A stretch of DNA of 64,000 nt from Candidatus Aenigmatarchaeota archaeon (lineage in GTDB: Archaea; Aenigmatarchaeota; Aenigmatarchaeia; CG10238-14; SpSt-28), in the NCBI GenBank assembly GCA_038733315.1, contig JAVYPJ010000001.1, positions 107,469-171,468 of the forward strand, read 5' to 3'. Shown here piece after piece: positions 1 through 9,113 of this stretch (the stretch's first letter is position 1; the number at the start of each line of letters is the position of its first letter). The notes under the pieces were generated by a model. It had not been told where the DNA came from, made no database searches, and was given only the letters and a program-made list of their open reading frames with translations. Position numbers and translations under genes: made by a program.

Positions 1-265
1 AAAAAGTTAGGAAAACTGTTATAGGGATTAAAAAGGGTATTAAAGATTTAAGTATAAAGAATTCCTTAGGTATATTGATTGGTATGAAAAAAATAAATAT
101 ACCTATTATAAAAGATAGAAAAGTATAGAAAAACATTCTAGCTAAATAAATAGAATAAAGAGTTTTTGATCTAGTAGATGTTAGGGCTCTCTTAATTCTT
201 AAGAAAAATTTCAGCTTCTTAACTCTTTCCACTAACCAAGAAAACAGTGAATACTCTATACTCAT
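1..265 (-). CDS. Partial CDS for the N-terminus of a polytopic membrane protein, possibly the FlaJ/TadC-like partner of the secretion ATPase. It runs off the window start.
   Basis: On the minus strand an ATG at 265..263 opens an ORF (MSIEYSLFSWLVERVKK...FFILKSLIPFLIPITVFLTF) that continues past position 1. It lies 9 nt downstream of the FlaI-like ATPase gene on the same strand. A hydrophobic stretch is visible. Confidence 0.3.
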   Translation of the reverse strand, partial: MSIEYSLFSWLVERVKKLKFFLRIKRALTSTRSKTLYSIYLARMFFYTFLSFIIGIFIFFIPINIPKEFFILKSLIPFLIPITVFLTF

Positions 266-273
266 AAAATATT

Positions 274-1878
274 TTAAGTTTCCACAACAAAAATATAACC
301 GAGTTTTTTTGTTATATCACTTTCTTTTAATTTAAGGATTTTTCTTTTTGCTTCCTCATATTCAATCTTACCCTCTATCATTTGCATTAAAGTTTTTTTA
401 TCCTTATAATACATCTTTATTATTTCCGCTACCTCTTCATAACTTTTTTTATTATTTTTTTGCATCCATTCAATAACCTTAATTCTATCTTCTATTTCTT
501 TAATAGCGTTTTCCATCGTAATACCATATTTTTCACAGATTTTTGGAATCAGTAAGCTTTCACTTGCTTTTTCATAAGAATCTGTAAATGGATTCCATCT
601 ATATGTTATGTTTTGCATAACCTCACCCCTTTCATCGATTCCACCAATCTCCACAATCTCCTTAATTCTTCTAGCATATTCTCCTTTTTCTTTAGCCCTT
701 TTCATTACTATTACAAAATCTAAGGCTTCTACTAGTCCGATTGGTAATTCTATTGGTGGAGAAATCAATCTTTTAACTAAGGAGCTAACATCTTCTGCAT
801 GGAATGTAGATATACTCGCATGACCAGAAGCCATACCTTGAAACATAACATAAACTTCTCTACCTCTTGTTTCCCCAACAATAACATATTCTGGATTCAT
901 TCTAAAACTTTCTCTTAGTAAATCAAAAAGGGTTACTTCTCCATATTTACTTCCACTAGGAAGCGGTAAACCAAAACCTACTCTAGTAACTAAAGGAACC
1001 CAATGCTCATGAACAAATCTCAATTCTCTTGTATCTTCTATACTTACAATCTTGGCATCTGGTCTAATAAAAATTCCTAAGCTATTTAAAAAGCTCGTTT
1101 TTCCACTTCCTACACCGCCAATTATTAAAAAAGATGTTTTATGCTCTATTAGAAACCATAAATATGCTAAAATTTCGCTATTTACAGTTTTTAAGTCTAT
1201 TAATTCTATTGGAGAAAATGGTTTCTCAGTAAATTTTCTTATAGTAAAAGATGGGCCTTTTTGAGATATCTCTTCGCTAAAAGTTGCGCTAACTCTTGAG
1301 CCATCCGGTAAAGTTCCTTCTAAAATGGGTTCAGCATAAGATACGTATCTTCCACATTTTTGAGATAATTTGATTATGAATTCCTTTAGCTTTTCTATAT
1401 CTCTAAAAATAATATTAGTTCTTATGTTTCCAAAGTATCTATGAGTTACGTATATTGGCAAATTAACTCCACTACAGCTTATGTCCTCTATGTATGGATC
1501 GTGCATTAATGGCTCTATTTCGTTTAAACCTATAAAATCTCTAAAAATATAATAACTAATTTTCAGAAAACTTTCGCTATCAACCTTAATTTTCAATATA
1601 CTTATTACTTTCTTAATAGCCTCTTCTACTGTTTTATTTAGTATTTCTTTATTTTTAACTTTTTCTAAATCTATGTCCAAATATTCTAAGATAAGCTCTT
1701 TTATTCTTTCTAACGTTTTCTTCTCACTATCATTTAGCTCTGGCTCTATTACTTCGTAAAAAATACTTTTATCTTCTTTGTTATAGAAAATGTGAGCATA
1801 TGCATATGGTTTTATTAATTCATATTTTATATTTAGATTTTCGATTTTCTCCGGGATTTTTATTTCAAGTATTTCCAT
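274..1878 (-). CDS. Type II/IV secretion-family ATPase. It matches the archaeal FlaI/ArlI or pilus-assembly ATPase type.
   Basis: Walker A GGVGSGKTS, the VIVGETRG motif and SIEDTRELRF are typical of GspE/VirB11/FlaI ATPases. The length is 534 aa. Confidence 0.75.
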   Translation of the reverse strand: MEILEIKIPEKIENLNIKYELIKPYAYAHIFYNKEDKSIFYEVIEPELNDSEKKTLERIKELILEYLDIDLEKVKNKEILNKTVEEAIKKVISILKIKVDSESFLKISYYIFRDFIGLNEIEPLMHDPYIEDISCSGVNLPIYVTHRYFGNIRTNIIFRDIEKLKEFIIKLSQKCGRYVSYAEPILEGTLPDGSRVSATFSEEISQKGPSFTIRKFTEKPFSPIELIDLKTVNSEILAYLWFLIEHKTSFLIIGGVGSGKTSFLNSLGIFIRPDAKIVSIEDTRELRFVHEHWVPLVTRVGFGLPLPSGSKYGEVTLFDLLRESFRMNPEYVIVGETRGREVYVMFQGMASGHASISTFHAEDVSSLVKRLISPPIELPIGLVEALDFVIVMKRAKEKGEYARRIKEIVEIGGIDERGEVMQNITYRWNPFTDSYEKASESLLIPKICEKYGITMENAIKEIEDRIKVIEWMQKNNKKSYEEVAEIIKMYYKDKKTLMQMIEGKIEYEEAKRKILKLKESDITKKLGYIFVVET

Positions 1879-1882
1879 AAAA

Positions 1883-2167
1883 TTAATATATCTTCAACTT
1901 TTTTCTAACAGCTTTTCCAGGCTGAACAACCCCTAAGAATCTTGCACATTTTGGGCAAACTCTTAATTTAATAGTGGATAGACTTACTAAATTCGGATTT
2001 ATACTTTTAACAATTACAGCATCTTTTAATGTCTGTTTTTTATTTAAAACAAATGTTTTATATCTAGGATATAATCCGCCGCATAAATCGCAGTGTATAT
2101 GATATTCGTTACCTCTAGCTTTTGTGTGCTCATATGTTCTTTTATATGGAGCTTTGCTTATCGGCAT
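1883..2167 (-). CDS. Small Zn-ribbon protein, likely ribosomal protein S26e.
   Basis: KARGNEYHIHCDLCGG...RVCPKCARF resembles the S26e pattern GRGHV.PIRC.NC...YC.SCAIH. The protein is basic and 94 aa long. Confidence 0.4.
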   Translation of the reverse strand: MPISKAPYKRTYEHTKARGNEYHIHCDLCGGLYPRYKTFVLNKKQTLKDAVIVKSINPNLVSLSTIKLRVCPKCARFLGVVQPGKAVRKKLKIY

Positions 2168-2194
2168 AGAAAAAATATCTTAAAAAATATATTA

Positions 2195-2644
2195 ATATTT
2201 CTCTGTTCTATCAAAATCGTAATACGATGCTATTTTCTCAAAAAATCCTTTTAAATCTTTATCGTTACTAAAAATCTTTTCTATAAGTTTAAATAAATCG
2301 TATCTACAAATTGGCTTTCCTTTTAATTCTTTTAGCCTTTCTATATATTTTTCATCTACTTTTCTTTTTTTGAGAAGCTCGATTATTTTTTCTAGTATTG
2401 CGTCATTAATATCACTCTTTGGTGGAGTTAAGAAAAGCGGTTCTTTACATACAACACAATTAATTACAGAGCTTGGACTTTCTTCTTCTAAAATTTCCTC
2501 ATAATCATCAAATTCTTCATAAAAATCAAATTTGAAGCGCAGGAAACTCTCAGTTAATATTTTATTTAGGTTCTTTATCGACCGGGCATAAGGGCAATTT
2601 CCTCCCCGGTCGTTGTCTTTAATGTCTTTGATGGGAATATCATT
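2195..2644 (-). other. Open frame of about 150 codons with no in-frame ATG. It may be a gene with a non-canonical start or a frameshifted gene. It encodes a CxxC-containing acidic protein.
   Basis: Manual translation of the minus strand gives NDIPIKDIKDNDRGGNCPYARSIKNLNKILTESFLRFKFDFYEEFDDYEEILEEESPSSVINCVVCKEPLF...FEKIASYYDFDRTEKY*. Stops bound it at 2645..2647 and 2192..2194. The ORF track, which requires Met, missed it. It overlaps ORF 2575..2760 in another frame. Confidence 0.25.
2579..2612. repeat. GC-rich hairpin in an AT-rich region. The 8-bp stem is CGACCGGG/CCCGGTCG and the loop is 18 nt.
   Basis: The inverted repeat can be read directly from the sequence. Local GC is far above the background. 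Confidence 0.5.
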
Positions 2645-2850
2645 TTACCTAAGCATACTGTATTAGAATATGCCCATCCACAAGAACTATAAGAAATAGA
2701 ATAATCTAAGAAAGTTTTATGTAAGCTGCTTAGCTTGATGTTTTTTTGATTCCTGGTCATACTACCTATAAATTTAAAATAGTAATAATTCTATATTTAA
2801 AGATTTCTATTATTTATTATTAGTTTTTATAACGAGTATATTTTAAATTT

Positions 2851-3639
2851 ATGGATTTTGAAGTTTTTTTTAATTTCATAAAAAATAAGGATTTATTAAA
2901 AGAAAAAATTAAGGGAATTAAAGAGACTCCAAAAATAAATTTAAAAAATGTTTGGAAAAATTATTTGCCAAGAGAAAAAGGGGATTGCTGCGTAGCAATA
3001 GATGGAAGCTACAATTATCTAAAATTCAGATCTATGATTTTTTACGTTATTAACATTTCATCTGTTTTTTATTATAATGACGAAAAAATAGAAACCAAAA
3101 GTTTTCCAGAGTTTAATGTTACAGAAGATTTTCTATTCTTTGAAGATGTTTTAAGGTCTGAAATGATTAATAGAGAACTCGAAATTGCATCCAATCTTTG
3201 CAAAGATTTTAACGTTATGATAGATGGCTCTTTAAACTCTTTCCTAAACTTTATAACAAAAGATAAAAGAAAGGAAATTTTGAGTAAATTTGAAAGCACA
3301 AATAAATTAGTTTTTTCTATATCAAAAACACCAATTAAAAAAATAGATGAAAGTATTGAGATGGGCTTTTCTGATATGTTTGAAAAATATAAAGAGAATA
3401 ATATAGTATCCTTTTTCTTTAAGTTAAGAGAGGATTCTCTTACATTTAAAGTGGAAACGTTTGAAAAAAATAAAAATAAAATTGAAGAAATTGTTTCTTT
3501 AATAAGATTTTTTGAATTTAGAGGATATCCATATTTATTAATTAAAGCGCATAGAAAAGCGAAGATTACAAATAAAGATATGGAAAAGTTTGCGAACATT
3601 TTAGAAATAAAAGAGAAAACTGGTAGAGAAATATTATGA
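2851..3639 (+). CDS. nurA: NurA-like 5'-3' nuclease, compact form.
   Basis: The N-terminal VAIDGS motif is characteristic of the NurA RNase-H-like fold. It overlaps the HerA start by 4 nt (ATGA). Confidence 0.5.
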   Translation: MDFEVFFNFIKNKDLLKEKIKGIKETPKINLKNVWKNYLPREKGDCCVAIDGSYNYLKFRSMIFYVINISSVFYYNDEKIETKSFPEFNVTEDFLFFEDVLRSEMINRELEIASNLCKDFNVMIDGSLNSFLNFITKDKRKEILSKFESTNKLVFSISKTPIKKIDESIEMGFSDMFEKYKENNIVSFFFKLREDSLTFKVETFEKNKNKIEEIVSLIRFFEFRGYPYLLIKAHRKAKITNKDMEKFANILEIKEKTGREIL

Positions 3640-5087
3640 TAATAGGTAGATGTGTAGGAGATGCAAGAATAGAAGAAATAACATTTATATCTACAAAAAT
3701 GCCAGAAATAGGTCAATATGTTATATTAGAATATGATGATAAGAAAATTCTTGGAATGATAGAAGATTTAATAAGATTTAATCCTGCATTAGATGAGGAA
3801 CTACTAAGCGAAGAAGAAGTAGAATCTATTCAAAAATTTGAAAAAAAATATGTAATAAAAGGTAAAATTAAAATTCTTGGAGATTTAGAAAATCTAAGAT
3901 TGCCAAAAGTTCCGCCAAAACCTGGAACAATAGTTAGAATTGCTGAAAAAAGTGAATTAGAAAAAATTTTCGGTAAAAGTGAGAAATCGATAAATATAGG
4001 CAAGCTATTAACTAATGAAGATGTAGAGGTTTATTTAGATGTTAACAAAATGATTTCTAGACATTTAGCTATTCTATCCATTACTGGAGCTGGCAAATCG
4101 AATACTGTTAGTGTAATAGTTGAAGAATTAAGTAAGCTTGGGGTTACATCACTAATTTTTGATATGCATAGCGAATATGTTGATGCAAATTTTTCTAAGA
4201 AAAAAATTATTCCAACAAAAATTAATCCTCTTTTTTTGCACTTTAGAGAGGCCGCAAGAATGATGAATATAGAAGAGGGTGCGTACATTCAAGAAATGTT
4301 TTTTAGAAAAGCTTGGGAGAGTGTTAAAGAAAAGTTAAGAGACATGAAGATTAAACTAGATATAAACACTTTTTTTGATTTTTTGCTTAGAGAATTGGAA
4401 ATATTATCTAAAAAAGAAAAAAACTCTGAAGAATCTATATATAAGGTTATTTCAAAGGTTGAGAATTTCAGAGAAAAGTTTAAAGACATTTTCGATTTAA
4501 GCTATGACGATGTTTCAAACTTAATAGAGAGAGGAAAAATAAATATTCTAGACTTAGGATTCGTAGATGAAGAGGTTGCTGATATTTTTGTTAGCCATAC
4601 TTTAAGAAAAGTTTTAGAAGAAAGAAAAAGATTTAAAAATTCTGGAGTTGGATTAAGTTTTCCTGTGTTTATTATAATAGAAGAAGCTCATATATTAATT
4701 CCAAAAGATTTTGATACATTCACAAAATATTGGGCTTCAAGAATCGCTAGAGAAGGTAGAAAATTCGGAGTTGGTTTATGTTTGGTTAGTCAAAGACCTA
4801 AATCATTAGATTCTAATACCCTAAGCCAGGCTAATAATATGATAATATTAAAATTAGTTGAGCCAAATGATCAAAAATATGTACAAGCTGCTAGTGAGAT
4901 GTTAACAGATGAATTATTAATCAGACTTTCTTCACTAAACATTGGAGAGGCTGTTGTTATAGGGCCTATGATTAGAATACCTGCGATTGTTAAAATAAAA
5001 GAGTTTGAGGGCAAAATAAGTGGAAAGGATATTGATTTTATTGAGGAAAGTAAAAAGATTGAAAATAAAGAGATTGATTTAATATAA
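3636..5087 (+). CDS. herA: HerA-family ATPase/helicase (FtsK/HerA superfamily).
   Basis: There is an N-terminal HAS-barrel-like region. Walker A is ITGAGKSNT and Walker B is FIIIEEAH. VSQRPKSLD is the typical HerA C-terminal motif. Confidence 0.8.
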   Translation: MIIGRCVGDARIEEITFISTKMPEIGQYVILEYDDKKILGMIEDLIRFNPALDEELLSEEEVESIQKFEKKYVIKGKIKILGDLENLRLPKVPPKPGTIVRIAEKSELEKIFGKSEKSINIGKLLTNEDVEVYLDVNKMISRHLAILSITGAGKSNTVSVIVEELSKLGVTSLIFDMHSEYVDANFSKKKIIPTKINPLFLHFREAARMMNIEEGAYIQEMFFRKAWESVKEKLRDMKIKLDINTFFDFLLRELEILSKKEKNSEESIYKVISKVENFREKFKDIFDLSYDDVSNLIERGKINILDLGFVDEEVADIFVSHTLRKVLEERKRFKNSGVGLSFPVFIIIEEAHILIPKDFDTFTKYWASRIAREGRKFGVGLCLVSQRPKSLDSNTLSQANNMIILKLVEPNDQKYVQAASEMLTDELLIRLSSLNIGEAVVIGPMIRIPAIVKIKEFEGKISGKDIDFIEESKKIENKEIDLI

Positions 5088-5426
5088 AAAAACTGAAAAA
5101 TAATTTCCGAATTTAATTATTTTTCTTTTTAGATTTTTTTGTAACTCTTTATCTAAGGTTGCGATTAAATATTCGTCTTTATATTTCAATATCAAATCAT
5201 CTACCTTTCCTTTTTCCTTTATTAGAGTTATTTTTCCATTTCTTATAAGTAGCCTTACTTCTTTTAAAATTCTTTTACTTATATTTCCTATCTCAGCTAA
5301 CGAATTCTCAAAAATATATATACAATAGTTTCCAATCGTATTGTCTAAGAAATCTTCAAAAACTCTAAATTTTTTTTCTTTTATCAAATAAACCAAAAAA
5401 TTTGTATCTAACAAAACTTTTTCCAT
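5079..5426 (-). CDS. PIN-domain (VapC-like) nuclease.
   Basis: It begins MEKVLLDTNFLVYLIKEKK with the conserved acidic D at position 7. The size is about 115 aa. No adjacent antitoxin ORF is present. Confidence 0.55.
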   Translation of the reverse strand: MEKVLLDTNFLVYLIKEKKFRVFEDFLDNTIGNYCIYIFENSLAEIGNISKRILKEVRLLIRNGKITLIKEKGKVDDLILKYKDEYLIATLDKELQKNLKRKIIKFGNYFSVFLY

Positions 5427-5452
5427 ATCTATTTTTCATTTAGATTTTATAT

Positions 5453-6379
5453 ATGAAAGTTTATCCAATAGCTTTCGATTCCTTAGGAGTAAGGAGTATG
5501 TCAACTATTGTTGTTTTAAATGATATCAAAATTTTTATAGATCCCTATGCTGCTCTAGCACCTATAAGATATGGATTAAAGCCAAGTCATTTAGAAATTG
5601 AAATGTTAAATTTTTACCTTGAACAAATATATAAACTTGGAAGTTATTGTGACTATGCCATAATTACTCACTATCATTACGATCATCATCCTATACCAGA
5701 GGATAATAATTTTTTTAAAAGTTTTAAAAAATGTCATTTTTTAATAAAGGATTTCGAAAAAGAACATTTTAGTGCCAAAAAAAGAGGAAGTGTTTTCACT
5801 AATAATTTAAAAAAGAATAAAATAAGCTTTGAGTTTGTAGATGGTAAAAAGATAAAGATAGAAGATATTAAGATAAAGTTTTCGAAGCCTGTTTGGCATG
5901 GAGAAGTAAACTCTAAGGTTGGAAGAGTTATAATGGTTTGCATAGAGTATTTAAATAGAAAGTTATTTTTTGGAAGCGATGCACAGTTTTTAATAGATAA
6001 AAATGCCTTGAAATTTGCATTAAAAACAAAACCAAATTACTTAATTATCGATGGATTCCCAACAATTTTAGAGGGTTATAAAGTAAAGCATGAAAGTTTT
6101 CTTGAAGGAATAAAAAATATGAAAAAAATATTTGGAAGGGTTAATTATAGCTGGATTATAATAGACCATCATTTACTAAGAGATAAGGATTTTGAAAAGA
6201 AATTTCCTTTTTTTGATTATAAAAAAATAATCACCGCAGCAAAATTTTATAATTTAGAAAATTTGTTATTAGAAGCTTATAGAAAAGAAATATATAAAAA
6301 AGAAATAATTTTTGATTTAGAAGTTTATAAAGATAACGCTAGAAAAGTTATCTCTAAAATAATAAATTCTTCGATATAA
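5453..6379 (+). CDS. Metallo-beta-lactamase-fold hydrolase.
   Basis: It carries the HxHxDH motif (ITHYHYDHH). Confidence 0.55.
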   Translation: MKVYPIAFDSLGVRSMSTIVVLNDIKIFIDPYAALAPIRYGLKPSHLEIEMLNFYLEQIYKLGSYCDYAIITHYHYDHHPIPEDNNFFKSFKKCHFLIKDFEKEHFSAKKRGSVFTNNLKKNKISFEFVDGKKIKIEDIKIKFSKPVWHGEVNSKVGRVIMVCIEYLNRKLFFGSDAQFLIDKNALKFALKTKPNYLIIDGFPTILEGYKVKHESFLEGIKNMKKIFGRVNYSWIIIDHHLLRDKDFEKKFPFFDYKKIITAAKFYNLENLLLEAYRKEIYKKEIIFDLEVYKDNARKVISKIINSSI

Positions 6380-6389
6380 TAATTTCTTT

Positions 6390-6935
6390 ATGAAAAAAGT
6401 TTTTAAAATAAAAAACTTAAGAATTTTATTACGAGAAATTGAAAGAAAAGATGTTAAAAGAGTTGATGAATTCTTAGAATATATAAATTTGCTTGTGAAA
6501 GAAAATGCCATGATTTTAATTAACAGAGAATTAACTAGAAAAGAAGAAAAGGAATTTTTATTGAGAGTTTTAGAAAACGTAAGGAAAAGAAAGGAGGTTA
6601 TTATAATAGCAGAAGATTTAGATAATAGAAAAATCGCGGGAATAGTTAATATTGAAAAGGGTAAATATAGACAATCTCATGTAGGAATCTTGGGAATTTC
6701 TGTAAGGAAAGAGTATAGGGGCATTGGGTTAGGAAAAATATTAATGAACGAGGTTATTAAGTTGGCTAAGAAAAGACTAAAAATAAAATTAGTTAAGTTG
6801 GATGTTTTTGAAAATAATAAAATAGCTATAAACTTGTATAAAAAAGTGGGATTTAAAATAGTTGGTAGAATTCCAAAAATGAATTATTATAATGGAAAAT
6901 TTGTAGATTATATTGTAATGATAAAGGAGTTATGA
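6390..6935 (+). CDS. GNAT-family N-acetyltransferase (RimI-like).
   Basis: It has the acetyl-CoA binding motif RGIGLGKILM and is 181 aa long. Confidence 0.65.
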   Translation: MKKVFKIKNLRILLREIERKDVKRVDEFLEYINLLVKENAMILINRELTRKEEKEFLLRVLENVRKRKEVIIIAEDLDNRKIAGIVNIEKGKYRQSHVGILGISVRKEYRGIGLGKILMNEVIKLAKKRLKIKLVKLDVFENNKIAINLYKKVGFKIVGRIPKMNYYNGKFVDYIVMIKEL

Positions 6936-6957
6936 ATTTTAAAAAGGATAAATTTAT

Positions 6958-7575
6958 ATGTTAGAGATTTTTAAAGAAAGGAAGAAAATAGCTATTCGAA
7001 AACTATTAGACGCTATTAAAAACAAAGAGGTCGATCAGCCAATAGAAAAAGAGTTACTAAGGTTAAATGAATATGAAATTGTTTATTCAACTTCTAGCTG
7101 TTCTGGAAGAATTGCACTATTGGTTGATAAGGGAAATAAAAAGGATTCTTACTTTATAGCAAAATGGCATAAAACTGTTGCTCCAAAGGATGTTATAGAA
7201 TCGCTAAAAAAAGATATGAATCATGAATTAATTTTTTTCAAACAAGAGCCATTCATTATACATTTAGTTTTTCCAAAATTAAGAGTTACTAGAGATGTGC
7301 TTACAATTGCTAGAGAAGTCGGATTTAAACATAGCGGAATAATAAGCATGAAAAAAGAAAAAATTGTCTTAGAGATTACTGGATTAGAAAGAATAGATTT
7401 TCCGATTGTTATAAATTCCGAGCTTGTAATATCTCTAGAAAATTTTTCTAAGATAGTTGATCTTGCCAATTCAAAATTAGTTAGAAACGAAAAAATGAGA
7501 AATGTCTTCTTTTCAAAACTTTTTGAATATTTAGATAAAAATTATAAAAGCTGTGAAATAAATAGTTATCTATAA
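6958..7575 (+). CDS. tRNA wybutosine-synthesis protein TYW3/Taw3-like methyltransferase.
   Basis: The STSSCSGRI motif matches the TYW3 SxSSCxGR signature. Confidence 0.5.
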   Translation: MLEIFKERKKIAIRKLLDAIKNKEVDQPIEKELLRLNEYEIVYSTSSCSGRIALLVDKGNKKDSYFIAKWHKTVAPKDVIESLKKDMNHELIFFKQEPFIIHLVFPKLRVTRDVLTIAREVGFKHSGIISMKKEKIVLEITGLERIDFPIVINSELVISLENFSKIVDLANSKLVRNEKMRNVFFSKLFEYLDKNYKSCEINSYL

Positions 7576-7577
7576 GG

Positions 7578-8039
7578 TTAATAGGAATTGATTATATTTT
7601 CTATCTCATCCATAACTTTTTCTGCATCGTTATAAAAAACCCCTTCAAATATTTTTTTACCTAAATCTAAATACTTTTCTTCGTTATAAATTTTTAAAGT
7701 CTCATTAATTAGGTTGTAAAGCCTAAGGTCTTCTTCCTTTAAGCTTTCTAAATAATTTTTTATATTTTTATTATTATTGTTTTTGTATATCCAGTATGCA
7801 AATGCCAATGAAACTAAGAATCTATATATATCTATACCACACATACTTTTTATTCCCGTTTTCAATAACTCATTCTCGCACTCTTCACAAATTTCTTGGA
7901 TGTCTTCTTGGATGTTTTTTGTTTTGCCTTGATTCTCAAAAATTTTAAAGATTTTATCAAGAATATCGAATCTATCCTTTATACTTAGCTTAAGATCCGA
8001 GTTATAAAGGAATGTGGATAAATCTTTCAAAGTATCCAT
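7578..8039 (-). CDS. Hypothetical protein.
   Basis: It is an ORF in a gene-dense context with no recognisable motif. Confidence 0.3.
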   Translation of the reverse strand: MDTLKDLSTFLYNSDLKLSIKDRFDILDKIFKIFENQGKTKNIQEDIQEICEECENELLKTGIKSMCGIDIYRFLVSLAFAYWIYKNNNNKNIKNYLESLKEEDLRLYNLINETLKIYNEEKYLDLGKKIFEGVFYNDAEKVMDEIENIINSY

Positions 8040-8086
8040 AAAATATTTGGTATCCTTAATATTAATTTTTTACTTTTTAGTAATTA

Positions 8087-8656
8087 CTATTTTTCAGAAA
8101 TTATTTTAGCTTCGAATTCGTAAATCTCTGTTTTTTCATCTAACCAACAATCCTTATCTAAGCCAGCTTTGTAACATAGGTTTTCAATAAAAAGTCTCTC
8201 ATCGCTTAAAATATTCCAAACTTGCGGAAGAAATAATCCAGATTTAAATCCTTTAATAATCATATAACCTTTATTCTTATCTAATAGGTTTAGTATTTCT
8301 TTTCGGTTTTTTACTTTATCGTCTATTCTTCTCAATTCTCCTAATATAGTTACTTCTATTTTAATTTTATCTAGCTCATCTTCTTTTAATTCCTCAAATC
8401 TAGTATCTCTACACGCTTCCTTAGCCGCCTTTGAAATAGCGATAGCTAACGGATATATAGGATAGGGAAATCCTATGCAACCTCTCAACTCTTTTTCTTT
8501 ATAAATACTAACAAAAACTCCTTTTAACTCAGAAAATTCTTTCGGCAAAAGTTCTAAATCTATCTCTGATTCCCTTTTATCTTTAACAAATTTCTCTATG
8601 GATTTCCTAGCTATTTCTATTGCGATTTTATCGAATTCGCTATCATTACTGAGCAT
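8087..8656 (-). CDS. AMMECR1-domain protein.
   Basis: It has the conserved LRGCIGF motif. Confidence 0.65.
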   Translation of the reverse strand: MLSNDSEFDKIAIEIARKSIEKFVKDKRESEIDLELLPKEFSELKGVFVSIYKEKELRGCIGFPYPIYPLAIAISKAAKEACRDTRFEELKEDELDKIKIEVTILGELRRIDDKVKNRKEILNLLDKNKGYMIIKGFKSGLFLPQVWNILSDERLFIENLCYKAGLDKDCWLDEKTEIYEFEAKIISEK

Positions 8657-8717
8657 AAAAGTTTTTTAGTAGTTAAAAATAATCAAAAGCTTATAAATAT
8701 TTATTTAAAAAGATATT

Positions 8718-9113
8718 ATGGCAAAGTATCACGACGAAATAAAAGGAAGAACTCCTACTGGGGGAAAATTTATTCCGCATTATAAGGTTAAAAAGAAATG
8801 TCACTTAGGTGGAGATGAAATATTAACTGAATTAAGCGAAGTGGAAAAAAGAATAATAAAGAGAGTTAAGGGAGGTAATAAAAAAATTAAATTAAAACTT
8901 GCAGCCTATGCAAATGTTTTTGATGGTAAGAATTATAAAAAAGTTAAAATACTTGATGTTGTAGAAAATAAGGCGCACCCACTTTATGAAAGAAGAAAAA
9001 TAATAACTAAGGGTGCTTTAATTAAGACAGAAATAGGTTTGGCTAAGGTAACTTCTAGACCTTCGCAAGACGGAATAGTTAACGCTATTCTAATTCAAAA
9101 ATCAAATATCTAA
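8718..9113 (+). CDS. rps8e: Ribosomal protein S8e.
   Basis: AAYANVFDGK...IITKGALIKTEIGLAKVTSRPSQDGIVNAILI closely matches archaeal S8e. Confidence 0.8.
   Translation: MAKYHDEIKGRTPTGGKFIPHYKVKKKCHLGGDEILTELSEVEKRIIKRVKGGNKKIKLKLAAYANVFDGKNYKKVKILDVVENKAHPLYERRKIITKGALIKTEIGLAKVTSRPSQDGIVNAILIQKSNI

Noticed and set aside
608-1264. Plus-strand ORFs 608..823 and 1052..1264 inside the FlaI-like gene.
   Set aside because: They are antisense to a well-supported ATPase gene and have low-complexity composition. They are likely spurious.
3072-4489. Minus-strand ORFs 3072..3716, 4031..4288 and 4289..4489 overlapping NurA and HerA.
   Set aside because: They are antisense to genes with clear motifs. 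They are hydrophobic, low-complexity translations typical of AT-rich antisense frames.
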